A stretch of DNA of 64,000 nucleotides. Origin: Escherichia phage LPEK22. The notes beneath the pieces were generated by a model, which was not told the DNA's origin, searched no databases, and saw nothing but the letters and a program-made list of their open reading frames with translations. The stretch lies in the sequence record OK283619.1; one strand, written 5' to 3'. Below are positions 27,769 through 36,930 of this stretch, piece after piece. Position numbers and translations under genes: made by a program. Each line of letters opens with the position of its first letter. Position 1 is the stretch's first letter.

Positions 27769-28515
27769 ATGTCACAGCTACACCGTATTTTTGGTATTGA
27801 ATTCAGTTCTAATTGCGTTCGTTATGATCGCACTCATAAAGATTCGGGTGGTAAAACCGGATATGAACTCGGTAGCCAGTTGGGATATTCCAGGGAACAA
27901 TTGTTCAATCAATACAGGCTGAATGAAACGGATCTTCTTAGGGTTATGGGCATTGAACTTGATTCCGAAGCCAGCTTGGATCTGGGCGACGAAATTCGTT
28001 TTGGTAAACCAGAAGCATTGGAATTCATTGAAGATTTCGTTTCTGGTTATACCCAAGCCGCTACGAACCGCCGCGCTGCTAATGATGCAGTGGGTAAATT
28101 CTACTTTGCGGCGAAATATCTTGCCGACAAACGTATACAGATGGAAGCCGAATTCAGTAAAGAAAATCTGAAAGCAGTTTTCGGCGAAGAAGGCGATTTC
28201 CGTTTAATGCCAGAATCTGGCACTGAATCAGCTCGTGATTTCTTTGAAAAACCATTTGTGGTCAAAGGTTGTAAAATTCTTACCGACGAAGACCACGCTT
28301 TCGCAATCCATACTGAAGTCGTTTACAATGAAGAGAATTGCCTTGTTATTTCCAGATTGTTCAACAGTCTGTCATATACAGCGTATTCTTTGATTGAACG
28401 TTGTATGGAAGAAGAGCATCGTCAGGTGGTGGTGAACAAAATTCGCTTACACGTTGAGCAGAATTTTAACGGGTTTGGTTGTGAATCCGGCGAAATCCCT
28501 AATTTCTATCTGTAG
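27769..28515 (+). CDS. hypothetical protein (248 aa)
   Basis: ORF with GAGG SD preceded by hairpin. Confidence 0.5.
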   Translation: MSQLHRIFGIEFSSNCVRYDRTHKDSGGKTGYELGSQLGYSREQLFNQYRLNETDLLRVMGIELDSEASLDLGDEIRFGKPEALEFIEDFVSGYTQAATNRRAANDAVGKFYFAAKYLADKRIQMEAEFSKENLKAVFGEEGDFRLMPESGTESARDFFEKPFVVKGCKILTDEDHAFAIHTEVVYNEENCLVISRLFNSLSYTAYSLIERCMEEEHRQVVVNKIRLHVEQNFNGFGCESGEIPNFYL

Positions 28516-28532
28516 CACAAGCAGGGGGCTGT

Positions 28533-28820
28533 ATGAAGAAATATGTTCGCCTGAACACGGTACTGGAATCTGTAATCGAATATTTCATAATGCAGCACCT
28601 CAGAGCAGAAAATGATCATGTGAGCGATGCTTTGACTTATGACCACCGGATAGTGGTTCATTCCGTCGAAATAGTGGACGACGAATTGTTGATTGCCAAC
28701 ATAGAACATGCTCTCTGGGACGAAGTTTTGGACCAGTATGTTCAACCCAAATTCACACAAATCGAGTTGTCTGCCATGTGGCCACCTGAAACAGTTTTCA
28801 ATATTGATATACAAAGTTAA
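28533..28820 (+). CDS. hypothetical protein (95 aa)
   Basis: ORF with AGGGGG SD. Confidence 0.4.
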   Translation: MKKYVRLNTVLESVIEYFIMQHLRAENDHVSDALTYDHRIVVHSVEIVDDELLIANIEHALWDEVLDQYVQPKFTQIELSAMWPPETVFNIDIQS

Positions 28821-28898
28821 TATTCACGCCAGTCCGCGCTGATACAGCGTTCCGTTGTCTAACACAGAAGTGTTAACCAACTTTTCAATAAAAAGTGG

Positions 28899-28926
28899 TT
28901 TACATCTTCTAAAAAGGCAGTATATT
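28899..28926 (+). promoter_or_regulatory. sigma70-like promoter TTTAC-N17-TATATT
   Basis: Preceded by TTCAATAAAAA box; upstream of gene 28994. Confidence 0.45.
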
Positions 28927-28993
28927 AATGTTCCAGACGCACAGTTGAACATTAGACTGCCAAAGAAGGTTACTACACAAAAGGGTTTTTATT

Positions 28994-29953
28994 ATGTCCT
29001 ATATTCTTCATATCGAGTCCGGCCTGAAATTTGAAATTGATGGTAAAACCGCTGCTGATCTTCAAGCAGAAATCAAAGGTGCAGACCTTATCATCGGCAA
29101 CGTCACGTTACGCCGTATGATGGAAGGCGTCCTCCAGTCAGCCAATGGCTTTGAACTCATCGAAGGTCTGAGCCAGGAAGAGAAAGAAGAGACTCTCGAA
29201 GCTCTTGACCGCGCTGAAGCCGAAAAAGTTAAACCGACCGAAGATGCGGGGGTTAAACAGGGCGACGGTGAATCAAATCCGGTGATTGACGCCGAAGAAA
29301 CGGTTGGGCAACCTGTCGGTGATCAAAATTCCCAGACCGTCGAAGACGGTTCTCTTGAAGTCAACAAAGACGGTTCCATTTCCCTGGTAGTTGAAGGCGA
29401 AGAAGTTCTTGACGAAGAAGCGCAAGCCCGTGCTGAAGAAGTTCGCCGTCGTATGCTGGGCACAACCGTTGCTGAAGCAATCGCCGACGTTGAAAATCCG
29501 AAGGATGATCAGGCTTTAGCGAACGCGAAGGCGGTTCTGGCCAAGAAATCTTCTGAAATGCGCCCTGCATCTTCTACCGAAGAACGCAAGCGTCGTCATA
29601 ACAAGCGTGAAGAAATGGTTGAAGCGGCTCGCGCATCCAATTATGGTCCTATCCTGGCTGCGGTTGAATCAGGGGTTGTGCCTGGGGTTTATTTGAGCTA
29701 TGTGAATCCGGATATGCGCTGGTTCCAGTTCCCTGTTACCGAACTGGCAGATGAAGCCAATCCACACGCCCGCACCAATACTTATGTTGATCTGGCGCCA
29801 ATCGTTTCCGGCGGCTGGGGGTTCAGTCTGTATGTGAATGGTAAATCATTCACCAAACGCCAGAAAATCAAAGAAACCGATGCCGAATCTCTGGTGAAAG
29901 CAATCAATGAATGGTTGCCTCAGGCGTTGGCCGAAGCGAAAGCTGCTGCGTAA
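28994..29953 (+). CDS. acidic hypothetical protein (319 aa)
   Basis: ORF downstream of TTTAC-N17-TATATT promoter; Glu/Asp-rich central region. Confidence 0.5.
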   Translation: MSYILHIESGLKFEIDGKTAADLQAEIKGADLIIGNVTLRRMMEGVLQSANGFELIEGLSQEEKEETLEALDRAEAEKVKPTEDAGVKQGDGESNPVIDAEETVGQPVGDQNSQTVEDGSLEVNKDGSISLVVEGEEVLDEEAQARAEEVRRRMLGTTVAEAIADVENPKDDQALANAKAVLAKKSSEMRPASSTEERKRRHNKREEMVEAARASNYGPILAAVESGVVPGVYLSYVNPDMRWFQFPVTELADEANPHARTNTYVDLAPIVSGGWGFSLYVNGKSFTKRQKIKETDAESLVKAINEWLPQALAEAKAAA

Positions 29954-29974
29954 TTTAATTCAGAAGCGTTCAAT

Positions 29975-30008
29975 AGATAAAGGGGCTGCTATAATAGCAG
30001 CTCCTTTT
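29975..30008 (+). terminator. hairpin with TATAAT in loop, terminator-like
   Basis: GCTGCT-ATAAT-AGCAGC followed by TCCTTTTGTTTG. Confidence 0.45.
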
Positions 30009-30010
30009 GT

Positions 30011-30688
30011 TTGTTGGAGCATGTCATGTCTTATTCGCTCAAAGGGCTGTTGAAGCGCCCTGTGCATTTGTTTGTCAAACCACCTGCTGTAGAAGGGGAA
30101 TATTCGGCACGAGGAGAGTTGTATTACATTAAAGGCTCCAATGGTAGTGGTAAGTCTACTGTGCCTTCTTATTTGGCGGAGAATGATCCTCAGGCGTATG
30201 TCGTAACCCATAACAGTAAGATCATGCTCACGGTTTGTCCATCTTACAATATTGTCTGTGTCGGTAAATATGACAAGTCTAAGTCCAAAGGGGTTGATTC
30301 TCTGAAGGATACTGAGCAGATGTTGTTCGCGTTGTCTATTGCTGACCAACCAGAATACCTGAAATATGATGTGATTTTCGAAGGCATCATTCCGTCTACA
30401 TTATTGAGTTCTTGGATTCCCCGCCTGACACGCCCACCACGTGAATTGGTCGTCCTCTTTATGGATACCCCTCTTGAAACCTGTATTGCCCGTGTTAAAT
30501 CGCGTAACGGTGGCGCAGACTTCAATGAAAGTCTGGTGGTCGAGAAGTGGGAGAGAGTTCATGATCACCGTCAACGGCATAAAGGCTTGTTCCCTACCGT
30601 TCCCGCAGGTATGATGAAGTCCGATGGCCTGACTGTAGAGCAGGCTGTTTTTGCGTTTCTCAATCGTGATTTTGGGAGTATTTATTGA
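30011..30688 (+). CDS. P-loop NTPase, putative nucleotide or nucleic-acid kinase
   Basis: Walker A GSNGSGKST; first gene of ATGA-coupled operon with TS-fold enzyme and dNMP kinase; start may be 30011 or 30026. Confidence 0.55.
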   Translation: MLEHVMSYSLKGLLKRPVHLFVKPPAVEGEYSARGELYYIKGSNGSGKSTVPSYLAENDPQAYVVTHNSKIMLTVCPSYNIVCVGKYDKSKSKGVDSLKDTEQMLFALSIADQPEYLKYDVIFEGIIPSTLLSSWIPRLTRPPRELVVLFMDTPLETCIARVKSRNGGADFNESLVVEKWERVHDHRQRHKGLFPTVPAGMMKSDGLTVEQAVFAFLNRDFGSIY

Positions 30689-31734
30689 TGGAAATCAAAG
30701 CAATTAACAACAACGACATGCTGAAACAGGCTGTCTTGGCTATCCGTGAGCACGGGATTGAATCTGACCCTGGTAACGCGGAGATCAACACAGACGGCAC
30801 TCGTTTTATTGATGGCGTGACGATCACCGTCTCTGACATCCGCGACCGTTGGCTGTCTGTTGAAGGACGCAACTCATCGGCTATTGCTGCCATCGGCGAG
30901 ACCTTCTGGGTTCTGTCTGGGCGCGATGATGTGCGCTTCTTGTCCCGTGTCCTCCCTCGCGCCGCCAACTTCTCTGATAATGGCCATACATGGCGAGCCG
31001 CTTATGGTCCGCGTCTGTACGCCCATGGCCAGCTGGATAGCGTTATCAACCGCCTACGCAAGAACCCAAATACTCGTCAAGCGTACCTCACCATCTATGA
31101 TCCGGCTCTAGATTCGGATGCTGGTCTGGCGAAGTTCAGCGAGAGCGGCGAAGCAAAGACTAAGGACATGGTGTGTAACCTGGCTCTGTTGTTCGCCATC
31201 GTTGAAGGTCGTCTGAACCTGACGGTCATCAACCGCTCACAGGATGTTCTGTGGGGGATGAGTTCAATCAACTTCATTGAGTTCTCTATTCTTCAGGAAG
31301 TGATTGCTCAGGTGTTAGATGTTGATGTCGGTCAGTACAAGCTATTCTCTAACAATCTTCATTACTACAACAATGAAGTCAGCCAGAAGCAGCTTGGCAA
31401 GATCACCAAAGACACAAAAGTCACTGGTGGTTTCATCAACTCCATGATCTACTTCACGAACGTGACCAACCAGAACCATATCCGCAATCTGTTCACTGGT
31501 GTGCTTCATCACTGTGATATCGGCAGCCCGTGGGAAACTGTTGTCGCTCACCTGAAGGAGTACGGCGCGGATCGCGGCCTGATCGTGCAGATGGCGTACT
31601 GCCTGTACTGCAAACTGAACGACAAGCTCATCAACATGAACCTGATTCAGGATCATGGTTTGAACATCGCGCTCGCTCATTCTCCGATTGACCGCAAGAT
31701 CGTTGATCCCAAGTTCTTGGAAGGTGCAGTATGA
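30685..31734 (+). CDS. thymidylate-synthase-superfamily enzyme, divergent: putative pyrimidine (dUMP/dCMP) hydroxymethylase
   Basis: Collinear with TS / dCMP hydroxymethylase core as recalled: ETFWVLSG, NPNTRQAYLTIYDP (versus NPxSRR..SAWNP), Cys in DMVCNLALLF (versus PCH), RSQDVLWGMSSINFIEFS (versus RSxDxxLGxPFNIASY); 349 aa with N-terminal extension. Confidence 0.65.
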   Translation: MMEIKAINNNDMLKQAVLAIREHGIESDPGNAEINTDGTRFIDGVTITVSDIRDRWLSVEGRNSSAIAAIGETFWVLSGRDDVRFLSRVLPRAANFSDNGHTWRAAYGPRLYAHGQLDSVINRLRKNPNTRQAYLTIYDPALDSDAGLAKFSESGEAKTKDMVCNLALLFAIVEGRLNLTVINRSQDVLWGMSSINFIEFSILQEVIAQVLDVDVGQYKLFSNNLHYYNNEVSQKQLGKITKDTKVTGGFINSMIYFTNVTNQNHIRNLFTGVLHHCDIGSPWETVVAHLKEYGADRGLIVQMAYCLYCKLNDKLINMNLIQDHGLNIALAHSPIDRKIVDPKFLEGAV

Positions 31735-32300
31735 TGTATCCGAACCTTGAATTCTTTACGGGGCGCAAGCGCTCCGGCAAGGACTTCTGTTTGGAGTCCC
31801 TCATCAGCTATCACCATTTACAGGGTGATATGGACATCCAGCGCTTATCTTTCTCGGACGAGTTGCGTCGGGTGGCTCATTACATCTATCCTTGGTTGCC
31901 AGAGGAAGTAGAGGACGATATCAAGGACTTGCCATATGTTCACCCAGATAACCCCAAGGGATTAACCCCAAGGCAGATCTGGCTTCATCTCGGCAGCGAT
32001 ACGGGGCTTCGTTATGTCCAACCGGATCTGTTTTTGTCTTTCTTTAAGCGTTACCAACTCCCATTAGTTGAACAGAATCCTAACATTCATTATATTGTGA
32101 GTGATCTACGGACGCCTCAAGAATATGAATGGGCGCTGAGCACTAAATGTCCCATCACCCGCATTTCAAAGGCAGATCGCGGCGGTATCATAGAGGACGA
32201 CATAGAGGCTTTCATTGATGAGATGAAAGTTGATTATGAATTTGTTAACCCATTTGAAGGTTGGCAACCATTCGTCAAATTTTATAGGGAACGGAAATGA
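31731..32300 (+). CDS. deoxynucleoside monophosphate kinase (T4 gp1-like)
   Basis: P-loop FFTGRKRSGKDF (T4 gp1 recalled as FLSGVKRSGKDT) and IVSDLRTPQEYE. Confidence 0.65.
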   Translation: MMYPNLEFFTGRKRSGKDFCLESLISYHHLQGDMDIQRLSFSDELRRVAHYIYPWLPEEVEDDIKDLPYVHPDNPKGLTPRQIWLHLGSDTGLRYVQPDLFLSFFKRYQLPLVEQNPNIHYIVSDLRTPQEYEWALSTKCPITRISKADRGGIIEDDIEAFIDEMKVDYEFVNPFEGWQPFVKFYRERK

Positions 32301-32848
32301 TCACAGCAGAGCATATCAAAAGTCTGCTCGAACTTCAAAAGGCCACCAACGTGGCCTATTTTGGGGAAGAGTGGCGTAAACATTGGACTCATGTGGCGGT
32401 GGTGAACTCCATCTATCGTGAGTGGGCAGAGTTTCTTGACGAAACAACCCAGGACTGGAAAATCTATGGCGGTGGGATACAATATGACCGAGAAGCAGCT
32501 GTCTACGAATTGGTGGACGTGGTACATTTTATGTTGTCTTCCATTTTATCTGGATTTGGTTCTGCTTTCCCAGTTGAAATGCAGATTGACCTTTTCTTCA
32601 AGGACGGACGAGTGATAGACAAATCGGCCAATCTGGAATCGGTCACAGAATGTTTTACGTCATTTATGGTTCAACCAGATGTTATCCGTTTTGTGCGGTT
32701 TTTATCAAAGGCTTGTGGTTATTTGGATCTGGACACCGAAACCTATATGCTGGCCCACAAGCGCAAGAACGATCGCAATCGTCTACGTGCTGCTGGCGGT
32801 GCGAACTATGACAAGTCTGCCGAAACCCCTCTGACTCTGGAGTTCTAA
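32297..32848 (+). CDS. all-alpha NTP pyrophosphatase (T4 gp56 dCTPase/dUTPase-like)
   Basis: Acidic motifs EEWRKHWTH, EWAEFLDE, ELVDVVHFML resembling dimeric dUTPase/dCTPase family. Confidence 0.5.
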   Translation: MITAEHIKSLLELQKATNVAYFGEEWRKHWTHVAVVNSIYREWAEFLDETTQDWKIYGGGIQYDREAAVYELVDVVHFMLSSILSGFGSAFPVEMQIDLFFKDGRVIDKSANLESVTECFTSFMVQPDVIRFVRFLSKACGYLDLDTETYMLAHKRKNDRNRLRAAGGANYDKSAETPLTLEF

Positions 32849-33378
32849 TGTTTACAGTTGTCGTATCATATTATGCGGAACATGCCCCGTACATGGCAGA
32901 GAACTTCGCTGAGTTTATTAAACCAGGCGGTCATGTCGTTATTGCGACCAATTTCAAGAAAGAGCCAGATGGTGCGGCTACTGTAACACAACATATTACA
33001 ACCAAAGAGCCGGAAACACTTTTTAAACGCATTGAAGATTTTGCTTTTGGCGGGGAAGAAATTCCAGAGTCATTACAGCATATCTATTTTGAAGATGCGA
33101 TATATTATGTTCATGCTATTCCAAAGGATGTTACAACTGAACAAATGATGTATATCCTGAATATCGCATTGAATGTTTCTTGTGTCAACAGGGCACAGCA
33201 CAATCGTCTGCGTAATATGTATTTAACAGAACGCGGGGGTTCCGAAATTAACGATGAAAAACTCCCGTCAATAATGGCGATTCACGAAGCAATCAATATA
33301 TTGTCCAAGAAAGTCTTGGGCACCGATTTATTAATTACGATCAACAAGCAAGAGGAAACGAAATGGCCGATTCATTGA
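32848..33378 (+). CDS. hypothetical protein (176 aa)
   Basis: ORF coupled within nucleotide-metabolism operon. Confidence 0.45.
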   Translation: MFTVVVSYYAEHAPYMAENFAEFIKPGGHVVIATNFKKEPDGAATVTQHITTKEPETLFKRIEDFAFGGEEIPESLQHIYFEDAIYYVHAIPKDVTTEQMMYILNIALNVSCVNRAQHNRLRNMYLTERGGSEINDEKLPSIMAIHEAINILSKKVLGTDLLITINKQEETKWPIH

Positions 33379-34448
33379 TGGCTCGCATGCTCAAGACAGC
33401 AAAGAAACTGGACCCGAATGCCGAAGTGCTGTCAAAGACCGATGCGCTGAAGCCTGACATTATTTGCAGTACGGGTATTCCTATTCTGAATTTGGCCTGG
33501 TCCGGTCGTATTGATGGTGGTCTGATATCAGGCATCAAACAGTTGGTGGGGGATTCTCGTACATTCAAAACCATGTTTGGGCTGGTGGATGTTAAGGCTT
33601 ACATGGATAAGTTTCCTGATGCAATTTGTATCTTCGCGGATTCAGAAGGCGGTGCGAATGAAAACTACTGGACATCTATGGGTATTGACATGGACCGTGT
33701 CTTGTATCTGCCGATTGAAAACGTTGAAAAGACGAAGATCAAGCTGACACAGCTTCTGAACGATGCACAGAAAGGTGACAAGATCATCGTATTCATTGAC
33801 TCAATCAGCCAGTTGCCGTCTACCAAAGAAGTTGATGATGCCATAGCGGGCAAAGACACACAAGATATGACCCGCGCTCGCGCTCTCAATAGTTTTTGGC
33901 GTGTTATCACCCCGTTGGTCACTGAAAAGAAATTCGTTTTGGTATGGATCAACTCGTACTATGATGAAATCGGGAACCAATACGCCGAGCCGAACATCAA
34001 AGGCGGTAAACAGGGGTTCCTGTCTTCTAACCAATTGTGGTTCATCACGCGTTCTCAAGTTAAAGAAGACAAAGACCTTTTGGGATGGCAGTTTACAGTC
34101 AACATTATGAAAGGCCGCTTTGTCCGTGAAAAAGCCAAGTTCCCTGTCACTGTGTTGTATGAAGGCGGTATTGACCGTTGGTCCGGTATGTTAGAAATTG
34201 CGCGCATGCTGGGGTATGTGGATTTGGTGAGTGGCTCTTGGTATCAACGCACTGCCAAAGGCGGGTTTGATCCAGAAAAAGAAAAGAAATATCGTAAGGC
34301 AGAGCTGGGGGATGACTTCTGGTATCCGCTGCTGGAAAACCCAGACTTTGTTGACGATGTGAACAACATGTTCGGTATCTCTCAGAGTTCGGTTATGCCT
34401 GCAGATATGCTGGAGCGCCTCGATAATGTCATCAAAACAACCGAGTAA
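33363..34448 (+). CDS. uvsX: UvsX recombinase (RecA-like)
   Basis: Collinear with T4 UvsX as recalled: ILNLAWSGRIDGG, GDSRTFKTMFGL, VFIDSISQLPSTKEVDDA, DMTRARALNSFWR, GGIDRWSGMLE. Confidence 0.85.
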   Translation: MADSLMARMLKTAKKLDPNAEVLSKTDALKPDIICSTGIPILNLAWSGRIDGGLISGIKQLVGDSRTFKTMFGLVDVKAYMDKFPDAICIFADSEGGANENYWTSMGIDMDRVLYLPIENVEKTKIKLTQLLNDAQKGDKIIVFIDSISQLPSTKEVDDAIAGKDTQDMTRARALNSFWRVITPLVTEKKFVLVWINSYYDEIGNQYAEPNIKGGKQGFLSSNQLWFITRSQVKEDKDLLGWQFTVNIMKGRFVREKAKFPVTVLYEGGIDRWSGMLEIARMLGYVDLVSGSWYQRTAKGGFDPEKEKKYRKAELGDDFWYPLLENPDFVDDVNNMFGISQSSVMPADMLERLDNVIKTTE

Positions 34449-34755
34449 TATTGCAGGGGGAGGAGACTCCCCCGTTAATTACAAAATCATCGACCCTGGT
34501 TCTGATCAGTTAGCAATAATCGAAATAACGGAAGGCAAATTCCGTGGCGTTCAATTTCGTATAGGGAAAGTGGGTGTCCATTTAGATAATGGAGAGCCTC
34601 GGTTATCCTTTACAACAGATATATTGAAGAAACCATGGCGTTTGTTATTTGTTAATTTGAAAGAAAATGACTTGTTCACTGTGGTGTCTGGGGATATCTT
34701 AGTTGATCTGATACAGCAAAATGCTCAGGATTACAACAAAATTTTGGTGGGGTAG
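34426..34755 (+). CDS. hypothetical protein (109 aa) between uvsX and helicase gene
   Basis: ORF. Confidence 0.45.
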   Translation: MSSKQPSNIAGGGDSPVNYKIIDPGSDQLAIIEITEGKFRGVQFRIGKVGVHLDNGEPRLSFTTDILKKPWRLLFVNLKENDLFTVVSGDILVDLIQQNAQDYNKILVG

Positions 34756-36186
34756 TTGCCAATGTTACTCGAATCTGTCGTGCTTTCCCAATTAATCTAT
34801 AACGAAGAATATCAAAGAAAGATCCAGCCGTATTTGAAAGCCGATTATTTCGATAACGAAGGCGAGAAAATTATATTCGGTCTCATTGACCATTACACTT
34901 GCGAATATAATGCTCGTCCTTCGGTTGAAGCGTTGTCTATTATGCTGGAAAAGACTTCGCTCAACGAACACGTATTTGAACAAGCTATTTCTGCTCTTGA
35001 GAATATCAATGACAACACATTCCATCAGGAATGGCTTGTAAAAGAAACAGAAAGTTGGGCGCGGCAGAAAGCTGTTCATAATGCGATCAAACACGCCGTC
35101 AACATCTATGGTGATGAGAAACGTAAAGATGAGATGAACACGATTCCAACTCTCCTACAAGAGGCGTTGGCGATAAGTTTTGATTCTTATCTTGGCCATA
35201 TCTATTGGGAAATGGCTGAACAACAATACGACCACATGAACTCTAATGAAGCGAAGATTCCTTTCGCTGTAGAGATATTCAACAAAGCGACTCGTGGTGG
35301 TGTTGGTAAGAAAACGCTGAACATCGTGACGGGTGCAATTAATGCGGGTAAGACAACAACTCTGATTGATTTGGCTGCTGGTTACTCCGAGCAAGGGTTG
35401 AACGTATTCGTATTCACCCTAGAAGTGGCTGAGAACGTCTGGCGTCACCGCCTTGATGCCCGTATGATGCGCAGGGACTTCGAGTCCTTAGAGAAGCTCT
35501 CACGACATGAATATGTCGCCACGATACAAAAGTTGCGAACTCGTCAAGACGGTTCCATGAAGGGTGATATTGTTATCAAGGAATATCCTTCAGGCGCTGG
35601 GCATACAGGACTATATCGCCGCGATATCCTTGATTATGCGACATCCACGGGAATTACGCCGGACGTCATTATTATAGACTACTTGGGTGAATCAGCGTCT
35701 TCTCGCCTTCCTGCCCATTTAATGCAGAACACCAACGTGTATTATACGTCGGTGGCGCGTGAATTCCGTGCGCTTGGATTTGAATTTGATTGCCCTGTAT
35801 GGACAGGTATGCAATTTAACCGTGAAAAACAATCGGCGACTGATGGTGATATTAGCGACCTGGCAGATGCTATCGGTATTCCGAAGGTTGCAGACTTCAT
35901 CATGGCGTTCTATGCCCCTGATGAACTGGCGGCTGTTAAGAAAGCCCGAGCGTCTATCTTGAAAAACCGTTATGCCAATAAACAGAAACTCAAATCGTTC
36001 TTGTTCGGTATGGATCAAGATAAACAGATATTGTTTGACTTGGATTGGAATGAAGTCAAGCGAGACCTGACAGAAGAGGAAGCCCGTTATGTTGAGAATG
36101 TTCATATCAAACATGACTTAAACAAAACAGGCGACGTAAATGATGTCAAGAAAGCCGAGACCGTGAATAATTGGAATTTCGGTTAA
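34756..36186 (+). CDS. replicative DNA helicase (T4 gp41, DnaB-like)
   Basis: Walker A GAINAGKTT; EWLVKETE and ALAISFDSYLGH parallel T4 gp41 as recalled; 476 aa. Confidence 0.85.
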   Translation: MPMLLESVVLSQLIYNEEYQRKIQPYLKADYFDNEGEKIIFGLIDHYTCEYNARPSVEALSIMLEKTSLNEHVFEQAISALENINDNTFHQEWLVKETESWARQKAVHNAIKHAVNIYGDEKRKDEMNTIPTLLQEALAISFDSYLGHIYWEMAEQQYDHMNSNEAKIPFAVEIFNKATRGGVGKKTLNIVTGAINAGKTTTLIDLAAGYSEQGLNVFVFTLEVAENVWRHRLDARMMRRDFESLEKLSRHEYVATIQKLRTRQDGSMKGDIVIKEYPSGAGHTGLYRRDILDYATSTGITPDVIIIDYLGESASSRLPAHLMQNTNVYYTSVAREFRALGFEFDCPVWTGMQFNREKQSATDGDISDLADAIGIPKVADFIMAFYAPDELAAVKKARASILKNRYANKQKLKSFLFGMDQDKQILFDLDWNEVKRDLTEEEARYVENVHIKHDLNKTGDVNDVKKAETVNNWNFG

Positions 36187-36249
36187 CTTCAATAATGGTG
36201 ATCATAGGGTATAATCTCTATGATCTGAATATTAACCCAGGAGCACATC

Positions 36250-36582
36250 ATGTCGGATGTTGCATTTATAGCTGACCTGATTCGGGCGGCACAACAGGTG
36301 TGCCAGTCTGGAGAAACCAGTCTCAAACTCACTACAGAGCAGACTCTAGAATTTTATAAGAATCGTCGGTATTGGGGTAAGAATGTCAAGATACATTGCG
36401 AACCAGGTGAATTGGTTCAGCTTGATCTTCCGTCTTTTCCGTTGCCAGTACAGACCAACACTCAGGAATATTACAATGTTGAAGGCGTTGATATTATTCC
36501 TAAGTTTGGTTTTCACAGTATCGTTTATTTCTTCCTGCGCCGTTTGGGAACCAGTATCGGTCCACTCGGTTCTCGTCATTAA
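36250..36582 (+). CDS. hypothetical protein (110 aa)
   Basis: ORF with AGGAG SD. Confidence 0.45.
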   Translation: MSDVAFIADLIRAAQQVCQSGETSLKLTTEQTLEFYKNRRYWGKNVKIHCEPGELVQLDLPSFPLPVQTNTQEYYNVEGVDIIPKFGFHSIVYFFLRRLGTSIGPLGSRH

Positions 36583-36594
36583 TGAGGATATATT

Positions 36595-36897
36595 ATGTCA
36601 GTTGAACAAATTGGTTTTTATCAACTCCCTTCTGATCCAAAACTGCGTCAAAAGATGATGCAGACTTTAGAAAATTGTCGTGCCGCCCAGATCCGTATCA
36701 AGTCTGAACAGACCTTTGTTACCGAAGCCCTGGCTGAATTGGCAAAAGAAACAGGCATCAAAGCCGTTGATCTGCGCAAAGTCGTTACCGATCGCGCTGG
36801 TGGAACTTATACCAAGACCATCGAGACCAGCGCCAAATACCAAGATCTTTATGAGTCGCTGTATCCTAACGCCGCGCCTGATCGCACGGATGAATAA
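36595..36897 (+). CDS. hypothetical protein (100 aa)
   Basis: ORF with GAGGA SD; terminator downstream. Confidence 0.45.
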   Translation: MSVEQIGFYQLPSDPKLRQKMMQTLENCRAAQIRIKSEQTFVTEALAELAKETGIKAVDLRKVVTDRAGGTYTKTIETSAKYQDLYESLYPNAAPDRTDE

Positions 36898-36906
36898 TAT
36901 CGGTTA

Positions 36907-36930
36907 AAGCCCAACATTTGTTGGGCTTTA
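36907..36930 (+). terminator. terminator hairpin merging into promoter
   Basis: AAGCCCAAC-ATTT-GTTGGGCTT followed by TACTT. Confidence 0.5.
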
